The notes beneath the pieces are model-generated. The model was not told where the DNA came from, ran no database searches, and saw only the letters and a list, made by a program, of their open reading frames with translations. This document shows, piece by piece, positions 20,135 to 30,249 of a stretch of DNA of 64,000 bases (position 1 is the first letter of the stretch; every line of letters starts with the position of its first letter). This DNA comes from Hydrurus foetidus (Eukaryota): NCBI GenBank assembly GCA_900617105.1, contig UYFQ01000006.1, positions 186,001-250,000 on the forward strand, written 5' to 3'. The position numbers and the translations under genes were made by a program.

Positions 20135-20226
20135 ACTGTAGACCGCAACGCGTGCCGATAAGGCGGGAACTGCAAGCCTTTGCCCCCGCTCTTTCGAAGA
20201 TCAAAAGTTAAAGAAATTTCAATAAT
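20135..20226. promoter_or_regulatory. Divergent class-II promoter region of flgA and flgB
   Basis: Minus strand TGCAGTTCCCGCCTTAT-N17-TACAGT (20174-20135). Plus strand CGCTCTTTCGAAGATCA-N17-AATAAT (20187-20226). An imperfect inverted repeat AAGGCGGG..CCCGCTCTT lies between them. Confidence 0.55.
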
Positions 20227-20295
20227 CGTTTCCACGCAGCAGCCGATGGTCGTCTGAAGCGTCTGGAATGGATGAGAGAAAGTGCGAGGTGCGCC

Positions 20296-20727
20296 ATGCT
20301 GGACAAACTCACTGCTAACCTGGATTTCAATGGCAAAGCCTTGATGCTCAGGGCAGATCGTCAGCGCATCTTGGCCAGCAACATTGCCAATGTCGATACC
20401 CCCGGCTACATCGCACGTGATTTCAAATTTGCGGATGCTTTGCAGCAAGCCACGCAAGGCGGTGGTTCACTGCCCCGTCAAACGATGAGCAGCAGCTCAA
20501 CCTACACACACAGCCAGCACATCGCCTTCAACCCCGAGACCAGCAGCGAGCTGGACAAAAGCGCTTTGGGCTATTCGCTCGCCAGCCAGCCCAGCTTAGA
20601 CGGCAACTCGGTGGACATGGACCGCGAACGCGCCGCCTTTGCCGACAACTCGATCCGCTACGAGGCCACACTGCGGTTCATCAACGGGCATGCCAAAACC
20701 ATGCTCAGTGCCATCCAAGGGCAGTGA
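20296..20727 (+). CDS. flgB: Basal-body rod protein FlgB
   Basis: LASNIANVDTPGY and DGNSVDMDRE motifs. Confidence 0.96.
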   Translation: MLDKLTANLDFNGKALMLRADRQRILASNIANVDTPGYIARDFKFADALQQATQGGGSLPRQTMSSSSTYTHSQHIAFNPETSSELDKSALGYSLASQPSLDGNSVDMDRERAAFADNSIRYEATLRFINGHAKTMLSAIQGQ

Positions 20728-20735
20728 GGTTTGCT

Positions 20736-21140
20736 ATGTCGATGTTTTCTATCTTCAATGTCTCGGGCAGTGCCATCAGCGCCCAAGCCCAGCGGCTCAA
20801 CGTGGTGGCCAGCAATTTAGCCAATGCCGATGCGGTGGCCGGGCCAAACGGGCAGGCTTACAAGGCGCGACAAGTCACGTTCCAAACAGTGCCTGTCGGC
20901 TCTGAAGGCTCGGCGGGTGTGCGCATTGAAGCCGTGCGCGAAAGCCAAGTACCGTTTCGCCAAACCTACGACCCCAATCATCCCTCCAGCGATGCACAGG
21001 GCTACGTCACACATTCCAATGTGAACCCGGTGGACGAGATGGTCAACATGATTTCAGCCTCGCGCTCATACCAAAACAATGTGGAAGTACTGAACACGGC
21101 CAAAACGCTGATGCTCAAAACGCTGCAAATGGGGCAATAA
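20736..21140 (+). CDS. flgC: Basal-body rod protein FlgC
   Basis: ASNLANAD, YDPNHP and EMVNMISASRSYQNN motifs. Confidence 0.96.
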   Translation: MSMFSIFNVSGSAISAQAQRLNVVASNLANADAVAGPNGQAYKARQVTFQTVPVGSEGSAGVRIEAVRESQVPFRQTYDPNHPSSDAQGYVTHSNVNPVDEMVNMISASRSYQNNVEVLNTAKTLMLKTLQMGQ

Positions 21141-21185
21141 GTCCTTTCTGCACACTCATTAGCACCTCTACCCCAGGAATTCGCC

Positions 21186-21830
21186 ATGGTTACCGCCGTC
21201 AGCAACAACACCAACACAACAAACACCAGCGCTGCCCCTGGCAGCACGAACACAAACGCCACGCAAGACCGGTTCTTGAAACTGCTGGTTGCTCAACTGA
21301 ACAACCAAGATCCGATGAACCCGATGGACAACGCGCAAATGACAACCCAGCTGGCGCAGATCAACACCGTCAGCGGCATCGAAAAGCTCAACCAAACCGT
21401 GACCAGCATGGTGGATCAGTTCTCCGCTTTGCAAATGATGCAAGGTGCAAACTTGGTCGGGCATGAAGTGGTCGCCAATGGCTCGACGCTCACCAAAAAT
21501 GGAACCAAAGGCGTGGGGGCCTTGTCGCTCACTGAATCGGCGTCCAACGTGACGGTAGAAGTGTCGAACGCCAACGGTGCCGTTGTGGACACGATCAAAC
21601 TAGGCGCCCTCGCCGCCGGTCGCCACGACTTTGTATCTGATTTGAGCAAATACGTCAGCACTGGCACCTTGAGCTTCAAAGTGACTGCCGTGAATGGTAA
21701 GGAAGCCGTTGAGGCCATACCGCTGATCCGCGACAAAGTGACGTCGGTCAGCACCGGCACCAGTGGCTTGCAGATTGGCCTGGCCAACAGCCCATCGGTT
21801 GCTTACAGCGCCGTCAAAGCGGTACTTTAA
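21186..21830 (+). CDS. flgD: Hook assembly protein FlgD
   Basis: FLKLLVAQLNNQDPMNP motif. Confidence 0.96.
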   Translation: MVTAVSNNTNTTNTSAAPGSTNTNATQDRFLKLLVAQLNNQDPMNPMDNAQMTTQLAQINTVSGIEKLNQTVTSMVDQFSALQMMQGANLVGHEVVANGSTLTKNGTKGVGALSLTESASNVTVEVSNANGAVVDTIKLGALAAGRHDFVSDLSKYVSTGTLSFKVTAVNGKEAVEAIPLIRDKVTSVSTGTSGLQIGLANSPSVAYSAVKAVL

Positions 21831-21893
21831 GCGGCCCCTTTTACAGCCTCGTCACCCCCTACAACCGATTCACACCCACCCAAGGAAACCATC

Positions 21894-23312
21894 ATGAGCT
21901 TTCAACAAGGTTTATCCGGACTCAACGCCTCCAGCCGCAACCTGGAGGTGATCGGCAACAACATCGCCAACGCCAACACCATTGGGGCGAAAGCTTCGCG
22001 GGCAGAATTTGCTGATTTATATGCAGTGTCCTTCAATGGGGCCAGCACCAATGCGCCTGGCATTGGCGTCAACCCCGGCTTTGTAACCCAAATGTTCACC
22101 CAAGGCTCGCTCAGCACCACGGGCAGTCCGACCGATCTGGCCATTAACGGCGGTGGGTTTTTCCAAGTTACCGACAATAAGAACCCCACCCAATACACGC
22201 GCAATGGTCAGTTTAAGCTGGACAAAGACGGCTATATGGTGAACAACCAGGGTTTGAAGCTCATGGGCTACTCCGCCAACAGCGTTGGGCAAATCCTCCC
22301 TGGCAGCCCCGCTGCCATCCAGTTGCCAACCCTGGGCGTAGACCCTGCTGTGTCCACCTCCACCGTCTTGGAGTTAAATCTGGACTCACGGCTAGGCATC
22401 ACATCGGTCGCAAAAACCGTTCCACCCACTACGCCCCCAGCTCCCGCTGCCGCCAAAATCAACATCAGCGACCCATCAACCTACAACAACGCAACGTCAA
22501 CCACGGTCTACGACATCAAGGGTCAGCCCATTACCATGACCTACTACTTTCAAAAAGCTGGTATCGACACGTGGAACGTGTATGGCACGGCCAACGGCCA
22601 ACCCATCAACGGCATCACCACCCCTGCGGAGCTCACCACCGCGATGGCACCCTTGGCCACTGTCACTTTCCCGACCAATGGCGGCAGTCCTGTCGGTGCC
22701 GTCGGTAATGTTGTACCGTACACCTATGCCACGACAGGCACGCAAACCGCAGGCACCGCCGTCACCACGAATGCCACTTTCACCCTGCCGACAATCCCCA
22801 GCGTACCGTTGTCTACGGGCGGTATGTCCGAGCCAATTGGCGCCATCGTCCCTGCGGCTGTACCACCCAGCGCCAACATGACGCTCAGCATGCAAGGTTT
22901 CACCCAATACGGTTCGTCATTTGCAGTCACCAAAGCCGATATCGACGGCTACGCCGCTGGCCGACTGACCGGGGTCACGGTAGAAAACAACGGCCTGCTG
23001 GTCGCCAAATACTCCAACGGAAAGACCAAATCTGCCGGACAACTCGAATTGGCTGCGTTCCGCAACCCTAACGGCTTACAACCTTTGGGGGGCAACAGCT
23101 GGGCACAGACTGCAGGCTCAGGCGACCCCGTACGCAACATCCCCGGCGACGGCAACCTGGGGCAAATCCAATCTGGTGCACTAGAAGAATCCAACGTCGA
23201 CTTGACCGTCGAGCTGGTCAACATGATGACAGCGCAACGGGTCTACCAAGCCAATGCACAAACCATCAAAACGCAAGACCAGATCATGTCTACGCTTGTG
23301 AATTTGCGTTAA
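21894..23312 (+). CDS. flgE: Hook protein FlgE
   Basis: IGNNIANANT, YTRNGQF and LEESNVDL..QRVYQAN motifs. Confidence 0.96.
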   Translation: MSFQQGLSGLNASSRNLEVIGNNIANANTIGAKASRAEFADLYAVSFNGASTNAPGIGVNPGFVTQMFTQGSLSTTGSPTDLAINGGGFFQVTDNKNPTQYTRNGQFKLDKDGYMVNNQGLKLMGYSANSVGQILPGSPAAIQLPTLGVDPAVSTSTVLELNLDSRLGITSVAKTVPPTTPPAPAAAKINISDPSTYNNATSTTVYDIKGQPITMTYYFQKAGIDTWNVYGTANGQPINGITTPAELTTAMAPLATVTFPTNGGSPVGAVGNVVPYTYATTGTQTAGTAVTTNATFTLPTIPSVPLSTGGMSEPIGAIVPAAVPPSANMTLSMQGFTQYGSSFAVTKADIDGYAAGRLTGVTVENNGLLVAKYSNGKTKSAGQLELAAFRNPNGLQPLGGNSWAQTAGSGDPVRNIPGDGNLGQIQSGALEESNVDLTVELVNMMTAQRVYQANAQTIKTQDQIMSTLVNLR

Positions 23313-23343
23313 CGGTTTCCGATTTTAAATAAGAGGCTTTGCC

Positions 23344-24081
23344 ATGGACCGTCTGATATACACCGCCATGAGCGGCGCGAACGCTGCCACGCAGCGTCAG
23401 GCGGTGCTTTCCAACAACCTCGCCAATGTCTCCACCAACGGCTTTCGGGCTGAAATGTCAACCTTCCGTGCGGCCCCTCTGCAAGGCGACGGGGCCAGCA
23501 CCCGCGTGCTTGCGGTCGAGGCCACTGCCGGCTTTCTAGACAAACCCGGCAGCGTGCAGCGTACCAACCGCCCGATGGACTCGATGGCTCGCGACAACGC
23601 CTGGTTCGCCGTGCAAGCGCTGGACGGCACCGAGGCCTATACCCGCAACGGTGCGATGGACGTGGCGACCGACGGCACCATCCTCAACAGCAACGGACTG
23701 CCCGTGCTGTCCGACGGTGGCGCACCGATGGTAGCCCCCGCAGGCTCAGAACTCAGCATGGGCAACGACGGCGTGGTATCAGCCAAACAAGCCGGGCAAC
23801 CGCCCACGACGATTGGCAAAATCAAACTGATCAAACCCACCACCGAAGACCCGCTCAAACGTGGTGCCGATGGCCTGTTTCGCGCCCGCAGTGGCGAGCC
23901 GGTGAATGCAGACCCCACAGGGCGCGTCGAAGTCGGTGTGCTCGAAGGTTCCAACGTGAACCCAGTGGAAACGATGGTCGGCATGATCCAGGTTGCCCGC
24001 CAGTTTGAAGCCCAAATGCGCTTAGTGCAGAGCGTGGAAGCGAACGATAAATCGGCCAGCCAGCTGCTGGGCAACCGATGA
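23344..24081 (+). CDS. flgF: Basal-body rod protein FlgF
   Basis: MDRLIYTAMSGA and LEGSNVNPVETMV motifs. Confidence 0.95.
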   Translation: MDRLIYTAMSGANAATQRQAVLSNNLANVSTNGFRAEMSTFRAAPLQGDGASTRVLAVEATAGFLDKPGSVQRTNRPMDSMARDNAWFAVQALDGTEAYTRNGAMDVATDGTILNSNGLPVLSDGGAPMVAPAGSELSMGNDGVVSAKQAGQPPTTIGKIKLIKPTTEDPLKRGADGLFRARSGEPVNADPTGRVEVGVLEGSNVNPVETMVGMIQVARQFEAQMRLVQSVEANDKSASQLLGNR

Positions 24082-24107
24082 TAGGTGCTCTGATGAATGC
24101 TAAAAAT

Positions 24108-24160
24108 TGCTACATATTCAATAGCTGTAACCACATATACAGCAATATAAAAAGCCACTT
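24108..24160 (+). repeat. Interspersed repeat copy (TGCTnC-N7-ATAGCTG-N5-RCATA family)
   Basis: TGCTACATATTCAATAGCTGtaaccACATA; similar copies at 38029, 49521 and 61769. Confidence 0.65.
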
Positions 24161-24178
24161 TCAACCAAGGAAATCATC

Positions 24179-24961
24179 ATGATTAACTCCCTGTGGATCT
24201 CCAAAACCGGCATGGAAGCCCAGCAGATGCAGCTGGACGTGATTTCCAACAACTTGGCCAACGTCTCCACCAACGGCTTCAAGCGTGCCAACGCCGTGTT
24301 TGAAGACTTGATTTACCAAAACCTGCGCCAAGTCGGCTCCAACAGCACCGAGCAATCGCAGCTGCCCACCGGCTTGCAAGTAGGCTTGGGCGTGCGTACC
24401 GTCGCCACCAGCCGCTCGTTCGCGCAGGGCAGCTTGCAGCAGTCGGGCAACAAGCTGGACGTGGCCATCCAGGGCAACGGCTTCTTTCAGGTGCAGATGC
24501 CCGATGGCACCGTGGGTTACAGCCGCGACGGGCAATTCCAAGTCAACGCCGCAGGGCAAATGGTGACCTCCACCGGCCATGTGGTAAACGGCCCCGTCAC
24601 CATCCCGCAAAACGCCCAAAGCGTGACGATTGCAGCCGACGGCACCGTCAGCGTCACCCTGCCCAGCGTGACCGCGCCGCAAACGGTGGGCACGATCAGC
24701 ATGGCGAACTTCATCAACCCCGCCGGTTTAGAGCCCAGAGGCCAGAACATCTTCGCCGAAACCGTGGCCTCGGGCACCCCCGTGACCGGCGTGGCGGGCA
24801 CCAACGGCTTGGGCACCATGCAGCAAGGTTTTTTGGAAACATCCAACGTCAACGTGGTGCAAGAGCTGGTGACGATGATCCAAACCCAGCGCGCCTATGA
24901 GATGAATTCCAAGGCCATCCAAACGTCTGACCAAATGCTGCAAAAACTGGGGCAGTTATGA
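24179..24961 (+). CDS. flgG: Distal rod protein FlgG
   Basis: FEDLIYQN and LETSNVNVVQELV..QRAYEMNSK motifs; 260 aa. Confidence 0.97.
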   Translation: MINSLWISKTGMEAQQMQLDVISNNLANVSTNGFKRANAVFEDLIYQNLRQVGSNSTEQSQLPTGLQVGLGVRTVATSRSFAQGSLQQSGNKLDVAIQGNGFFQVQMPDGTVGYSRDGQFQVNAAGQMVTSTGHVVNGPVTIPQNAQSVTIAADGTVSVTLPSVTAPQTVGTISMANFINPAGLEPRGQNIFAETVASGTPVTGVAGTNGLGTMQQGFLETSNVNVVQELVTMIQTQRAYEMNSKAIQTSDQMLQKLGQL

Positions 24962-25665
24962 GCACGCTCAAGGCTTCTCGCCTGCACCTTTCTCGCATTA
25001 CTCTCGCCCTCATTACCCTGGCCTGCACCGCCTGCCAAGTGATGCCCCAAGCGCCCAAGGTGGATTTGGTCGATGCCGTGCCCGCCCGCCCGGTGGTGTA
25101 CCCCACCGCCGCCGTGGCCGCGCCCAACACCGGCAGCCTGTTCCAAAACGCCAGCTTCCGCCCCGCCTTTGAAGACCGCCGCGCCCGTTTGGTGGGCGAC
25201 ACCGTCACCATCACCATCGTCGAAAACATCAGCGCCACGCAAAAATCCACCTCCACGGTAGGCCGCACCGGGGCCAATTCCGCAGGCATCACCGCCCTGC
25301 CCTTCATGAACGCCGGCACGCTGGGCAAGCTGGGCGTAGGGGCCACGTCCGCCAACACCTTTGAGGGCAAAGGCGGGACTGAGAGCAGCAACACCTTCTC
25401 AGGCTCCATCACCGCCACGGTGGTCGAGGTGCTGCCCAACGGGCATTTGGTGGTGGTGGGCGAAAAGCAAGTCGGCGTGAACCAAAACGTAGACGTACTG
25501 CGCTTCTCAGGCACGGTGAACCCGCGTGACATCCAACTCGGCAGCCTGATTTCGTCTACGCAGGTGGCGAATGCCCGCATCCAGTCGCGCGGGCGTGGTC
25601 AAGCGGATGAAGCGCAGGGCATGGGCTGGCTCGCACGGTTTGTGATGAATGTGATGCCTTTTTGA
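24958..25665 (+). CDS. flgH: L-ring lipoprotein FlgH
   Basis: Lipobox; FEDRRARLVGD, VLPNGHL and GWLARF motifs. Confidence 0.96.
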   Translation: MSTLKASRLHLSRITLALITLACTACQVMPQAPKVDLVDAVPARPVVYPTAAVAAPNTGSLFQNASFRPAFEDRRARLVGDTVTITIVENISATQKSTSTVGRTGANSAGITALPFMNAGTLGKLGVGATSANTFEGKGGTESSNTFSGSITATVVEVLPNGHLVVVGEKQVGVNQNVDVLRFSGTVNPRDIQLGSLISSTQVANARIQSRGRGQADEAQGMGWLARFVMNVMPF

Positions 25666-25692
25666 GGGGCGGCCCACTACCCTTGCTGGGTC

Positions 25693-26072
25693 GGTTCTGT
25701 TGCAATAAACGCAAGCGACAACCAGCGTCATGCCCGATTTTCGTCAAAGTCTAACCAACAGCACGCAACGCTAGGTTTGAAACGGCTTCATTCACTGTCT
25801 ACTAGAGGTGATGCTGACTTATATGCAGTGGCACGTGGCTTACTCGCTCAACTTGCGCCACATCGAAGAAATTCCGCAGGAGCACAGAGTTTTCGTGGAT
25901 CACGTCACGATTCATCGCTGGGATTGAGACCATACACATGATTAAGAAGGAGCAGATGGACTTTCCGTCGGCTCAACCGCGTCCACAGCCAACCGGTTCT
26001 ACAGCCTCGCCGCTTGATCACCAGACCGAGCACGCAACATTTTCGGCCCAAGCTCACTATCGCAACAGAACC
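25693..26072 (+). mobile_element. Internally deleted IS6-family element (380 bp, MITE-like)
   Basis: Terminal IRs GGTTCTGTTGCAATA and TATCGCAACAGAACC. Internal frames encode LEVMLTYMQWHVAYSLNLRHIEE..VDHVTIHRW (IS6 transposase N-terminus), joined out of frame to GIETIHMIKK and then TANRFYSLAA* (C-terminus). Confidence 0.88.
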
Positions 26073-26134
26073 TGTATAAAGTGGGAAGAGACAAATAGCA
26101 GGGACAGATACCCCAAACAAAGGGGCTAGCGCAG

Positions 26135-26174
26135 CGCTTATTGCGCTTTAGAAAATGAGGGGCACACGCAAAAT
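26135..26174 (+). promoter_or_regulatory. Putative class-II promoter of flgI
   Basis: CGCTTATTGCGCTTTAG (identical to the flhB copy)-N17-CAAAAT. Confidence 0.6.
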
Positions 26175-26202
26175 TCAATGCACACCCCTACCAGTCCCCA
26201 CC

Positions 26203-27357
26203 ATGAAGCCCTCCATCCCATTGCGCCATCTGCCCTGGCTACCGCGCTCAGCCAGCCAAGTGCTCGGCATGGTGCTGATCTGTGCGCTCCTTCTCCCCAC
26301 GCTCTCCCACGCCGTGCGCATCAAAGAAATCGCCGCTGTGCAAGGCGTGCGCAGCAATGCGTTGACGGGCTACGGCTTGGTCGTTGGCCTGGATGGCACG
26401 GGCGACCAGACCACGCAGATGCCTTACACCTCGCAGAGTTTGGGCAACTACCTCGCGCAAATGGGCATCACGCTGCCACCGGGCACCACGGCACCGCAGT
26501 TGAAGAACGTGGCTGCTGTGCTCGTCACGGCACAGTTGCCCGCGTTTGCGCAGCCGGGGCAGTTTGTGGATGTGAATGTGTCGTCGATTGGCAATTCCAA
26601 ATCGCTCAAAGGTGGGATGTTGATTTCCACGCCGCTCAAGGGCGTGGATGGGCAAATTTACGCGCTGGCGCAGGGTAATTTGGTGATTGCGGGCGCGGGC
26701 GCAGCGGCGGGGGGCAGCAAGGTGCAGGTCAACCACCTGAGCGCAGGGCGTATTCCCGATGGTGCGCAGGTCGAACGCAGTGTCCCGTCGCCCATGCAAG
26801 AGGGCAGCAGCATCAGCCTGGGGCTTAACGCCAATGATTTCCAAACCGCCAAGCGCGTGGCCGCTGCGGTGAACCTGAAGATGGGTGAAGGCAAAGCCCG
26901 TGCATTGGATGGCCGCACGGTGCAGGTGCAAGCGCCCACTGATGCGGACGAGCGGGTGTCGTTTTTGGCAGAGATTGAAGAAATTTCGCTGGAAGTCGCC
27001 ATCCCCTCGGCTAAGGTCGTCATCAACGCCCGCACCGGCTCCATCGTGCTGAACCAAGCGGTGACACTGAGCCCCTGTGCCATTGCGCACGGGAACTTGA
27101 CGATCAGCATCAGCTCAACCCCCGTCATCAGCCAACCGAATGCGCTGTCTACGGGTGGGCAGACAGTGGTGGCGGAGAAAACCAATATTCAAATCCGCCA
27201 GGAGCCCGGTGGCTTGATTCAACTCCCAGCGTCTACGCAATTGGCTGATGTGGTGCGTGCGCTGAATGCTTTAGGCGCAACGCCGCAGGACATGCTGGCG
27301 ATTTTGCAAGCCATCAAGGCGGCAGGCGCTTTGAACGCGGAGCTGGAGGTAATTTGA
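26203..27357 (+). CDS. flgI: P-ring protein FlgI
   Basis: GYGLVVGLDGTGD, KNVAAV and AGALNAELEVI motifs. Start codon is uncertain (26155 or 26203). Confidence 0.96.
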   Translation: MKPSIPLRHLPWLPRSASQVLGMVLICALLLPTLSHAVRIKEIAAVQGVRSNALTGYGLVVGLDGTGDQTTQMPYTSQSLGNYLAQMGITLPPGTTAPQLKNVAAVLVTAQLPAFAQPGQFVDVNVSSIGNSKSLKGGMLISTPLKGVDGQIYALAQGNLVIAGAGAAAGGSKVQVNHLSAGRIPDGAQVERSVPSPMQEGSSISLGLNANDFQTAKRVAAAVNLKMGEGKARALDGRTVQVQAPTDADERVSFLAEIEEISLEVAIPSAKVVINARTGSIVLNQAVTLSPCAIAHGNLTISISSTPVISQPNALSTGGQTVVAEKTNIQIRQEPGGLIQLPASTQLADVVRALNALGATPQDMLAILQAIKAAGALNAELEVI

Positions 27358-27358
27358 C

Positions 27359-28276
27359 ATGGCGATCTCAGCCTCATCATCGTCTGTGTCGTCCAACGCG
27401 CTGGCCGCTGATGCCCGCTCGCTCAACGCGCTGAAGCTGGACGCGGGCAACAGCAACCCCGCAGCGATCAAAGAATCGGCCAAGCAGTTTGAGTCGTTGT
27501 TCATGCGCGAGCTGATTAAAAGCATGCGTGAAGCCACGATGAAATCCGGGATGCTCGACAGCCCCGGCGGCGATTTGGGCACGGATTTGCTTGACCAGCA
27601 AATGGCGGTCAGCATGTCGGGCTTACCGGGTGGTTTGTCGGAGCTGATTGCCAAGCAGCTCTCCAAACAAAATGGCAGCGGCGATGGCCTGCCCGCCGCC
27701 ACAGACCAAGGGGTGAAAGCCGATAAGGCGGACAAAACATCGGCCAGCAGCCCCCAAAACAACACGCTCAACTACACCCCTACCGTGAGCGGCAACGCCA
27801 CCTCCAAACAGGCCAGCTTTGTGCAGCGCCACACCGCAGCCGCCCAAGAGGTCGAAAAAGCCAGCGGCCTGCCTTCAGGTTTCATGATTGGGCAAGCCGG
27901 GCATGAGACGGGCTGGGGCCGCCAAGAGATCAAAAACGCAGACGGCTCTGCCTCGTTCAACCTGTTTGGCATCAAAGCAGGCGCAGGCTGGACGGGCAAG
28001 GTCGCCCAAGTCACCACCACCGAGTATGTGAACGGCGAAGCCAAAAAGACGGTGGCCAAATTCCGCGCTTATGGCTCTTACGAAGAGTCTTTCCGCGATT
28101 ACGCCAAACTCATCAATGACAGCCCACGCTATGCCAAGGCCAGAGAGCAAACTGGCTCAGCCCAAGCCTACGCGCTAGGCCTACAACGCGCTGGGTACGC
28201 CACCGACCCACAGTACGCGGCGAAGCTGAGCCGAGCCATCAACACCTCGCTGAATTTGCAGCGGGTGCAGACCTGA
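27359..28276 (+). CDS. flgJ: Rod-cap peptidoglycan hydrolase FlgJ
   Basis: QFESLFM..KSMR, ETGWG, NLFGIKA and YATDPQY motifs. Confidence 0.96.
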   Translation: MAISASSSSVSSNALAADARSLNALKLDAGNSNPAAIKESAKQFESLFMRELIKSMREATMKSGMLDSPGGDLGTDLLDQQMAVSMSGLPGGLSELIAKQLSKQNGSGDGLPAATDQGVKADKADKTSASSPQNNTLNYTPTVSGNATSKQASFVQRHTAAAQEVEKASGLPSGFMIGQAGHETGWGRQEIKNADGSASFNLFGIKAGAGWTGKVAQVTTTEYVNGEAKKTVAKFRAYGSYEESFRDYAKLINDSPRYAKAREQTGSAQAYALGLQRAGYATDPQYAAKLSRAINTSLNLQRVQT

Positions 28277-28301
28277 CACGCCACGGGATTAAGGAACGGA
28301 C

Positions 28302-30209
28302 ATGGGCTCCTTCAGCTTAATGAACATTGGCACCAGCGCGCTGCTGGCCAACCAAGCAGCCATGTCCACGACGGGACACAACATTGCCAACGTCAACACG
28401 CCCGGCTACTCGCGCCAAGCCACGGTGCAGTCCCCCAGCTTGGCCCAGTACACCGGTGGCGGGTACGTGGGTCGCGGGGTGGATGTGCTCACCGTGACAC
28501 GTTCGCATAGCGATTTTTTGGCCACCAACGCCACATTGGCCAAAGCCACCAGCGCAGCTGACAGCGCTCGTGCGACCAAACTGGGCCAACTTGAGCATCT
28601 ATTCCCAATCGGGGCCAACGGCTTGGGAGCGGCGGTAGACAACGTGTTCAGCGCCTTTACCGACATGGCGAGCAGACCCACCGATGGGACAGCCCGCACA
28701 GCGCTATTGGCACGCCTGTCGGACATGACGGCCCGCTTCAACGCCACTTCAAGCCAGCTGGACGACCTGCAAACCCAGGTAAATGCTCAAATGCAGGACA
28801 ACGTGACGCAGATCAACAGCTTGGCGACCCAGATTGCCTCGGTGAACCAACAGATTTTGAACATCACAGGGAGCGGCTACGCGCCCAATGACTTGCTCGA
28901 CCAGCGTGACAACCTCATCAACAACCTGAACCAGTACGTACAAACCAGCACGATTGCTGCGGCGGACGGCACACTGGGGGTGTTCATTGCCGGGGGGCAG
29001 CCGATTGTGCTGAGCAATACCGCCTCCCAACTCAAGCTGGTGCCTGATTCCACCGATCCTAAGCTGAAGAGCTTGGTTATCACCCAATCGGGGCAAGACA
29101 TTGGCTTGAATTTTCAACAAATTGGCGGCGGTGAGCTGTCTGGCCTGCTTCGCTTTGAGACGCAAGATTTGAACGATGCACGCAACAGCGTGGGCCGCAT
29201 GGCGCTGGGCATTGCCAACGTGTTGAACAACCAGCACAAGCTGGGCTTGGATTCGAATGGAACCCTAGGCGGAGCACTGTTCAACATTCCGCCCATCAAA
29301 GGCACGGCAAGCCTGTTCAACACAACGAGTGCTGCGGTACAAGCGACGGTGAATGACCCCACCGGCAACGGGCTACAGCCATCTGATTATTTAGTAGCGT
29401 TTGCGGCAACGGGCAACACCATCACCCGGTTATCGGATGGCACAGTGACAACATTCGCAGCCTTACCGATCACCGTAGACGGTCTGGATTTCGCGGTGGG
29501 GGCCACCGCAGCGGCGAACGGTGACAAGTTCACCATCAAGCCCGGTGCCACAGCGGCACAATTGACTTTGGCTATCAGTTCGCCGCAAAAACTGGCCGTC
29601 ACACCTTTGTCGATTGCCTTTGGCACGAAAAACAGCGGGAGCATAGCGGTTCCCGGCTTGACGGTGACGGCGCTTATCGGCCCACAGCAAAATGCAACCA
29701 CTACAGCGCAAACCAACCCGTACCTGACCAGCCCCGTCACGATCACGTTCACCAGTGCCACGACGTTCGACGTGTCAGGCGACGGCACTGGCAACCTGAC
29801 GGCACAGGTGTACCCCCCCGTCGGCCCGCCCGCTGGTGTGATCAGTTACAACGGTTGGTCACTCACGCTGGCAGGCACGCCCGCAGCGGGGGATAACGTC
29901 ACACTGCAATCGTTTCAAGCCAGTGCGGACATCCGTACACCACTGCTAGGAGGGGTATCGATTGGCGACGCGTATGCGAATGCACTGGCCACGGTGGGCA
30001 CGTCGGTGCAAGGGGCGAAATCAGCCTCTGCACTTTCCCGCGCCATTGCATCGGAAGCGCAAACCGCGTCCACCAGCACCTCGGGGGTTAACCTGGACGA
30101 AGAAGCCGCCAAGCTCTTGCAGTACCAGCAGTCGTACCAAGCATCAGCCAAAATTTTGCAGGTAGCGCAGTCGGTGTTTGACACGCTGTTGCAGACGGCG
30201 GCCCGGTGA
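28302..30209 (+). CDS. flgK: Hook-associated protein FlgK
   Basis: GHNIANVNTPGYSRQ, NDLLDQRD and SGVNLDEEAA motifs. Confidence 0.96.
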   Translation: MGSFSLMNIGTSALLANQAAMSTTGHNIANVNTPGYSRQATVQSPSLAQYTGGGYVGRGVDVLTVTRSHSDFLATNATLAKATSAADSARATKLGQLEHLFPIGANGLGAAVDNVFSAFTDMASRPTDGTARTALLARLSDMTARFNATSSQLDDLQTQVNAQMQDNVTQINSLATQIASVNQQILNITGSGYAPNDLLDQRDNLINNLNQYVQTSTIAAADGTLGVFIAGGQPIVLSNTASQLKLVPDSTDPKLKSLVITQSGQDIGLNFQQIGGGELSGLLRFETQDLNDARNSVGRMALGIANVLNNQHKLGLDSNGTLGGALFNIPPIKGTASLFNTTSAAVQATVNDPTGNGLQPSDYLVAFAATGNTITRLSDGTVTTFAALPITVDGLDFAVGATAAANGDKFTIKPGATAAQLTLAISSPQKLAVTPLSIAFGTKNSGSIAVPGLTVTALIGPQQNATTTAQTNPYLTSPVTITFTSATTFDVSGDGTGNLTAQVYPPVGPPAGVISYNGWSLTLAGTPAAGDNVTLQSFQASADIRTPLLGGVSIGDAYANALATVGTSVQGAKSASALSRAIASEAQTASTSTSGVNLDEEAAKLLQYQQSYQASAKILQVAQSVFDTLLQTAAR

Positions 30210-30249
30210 TGTATTTGCTTTTATTTGCAGTTATTTAAGGAGTTGAACC

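Noticed and set aside
25938..26129. 63-aa ORF as a new small protein
   Set aside because: It begins in the frameshifted C-terminal fragment of the IS6 transposase and runs through the right IR.
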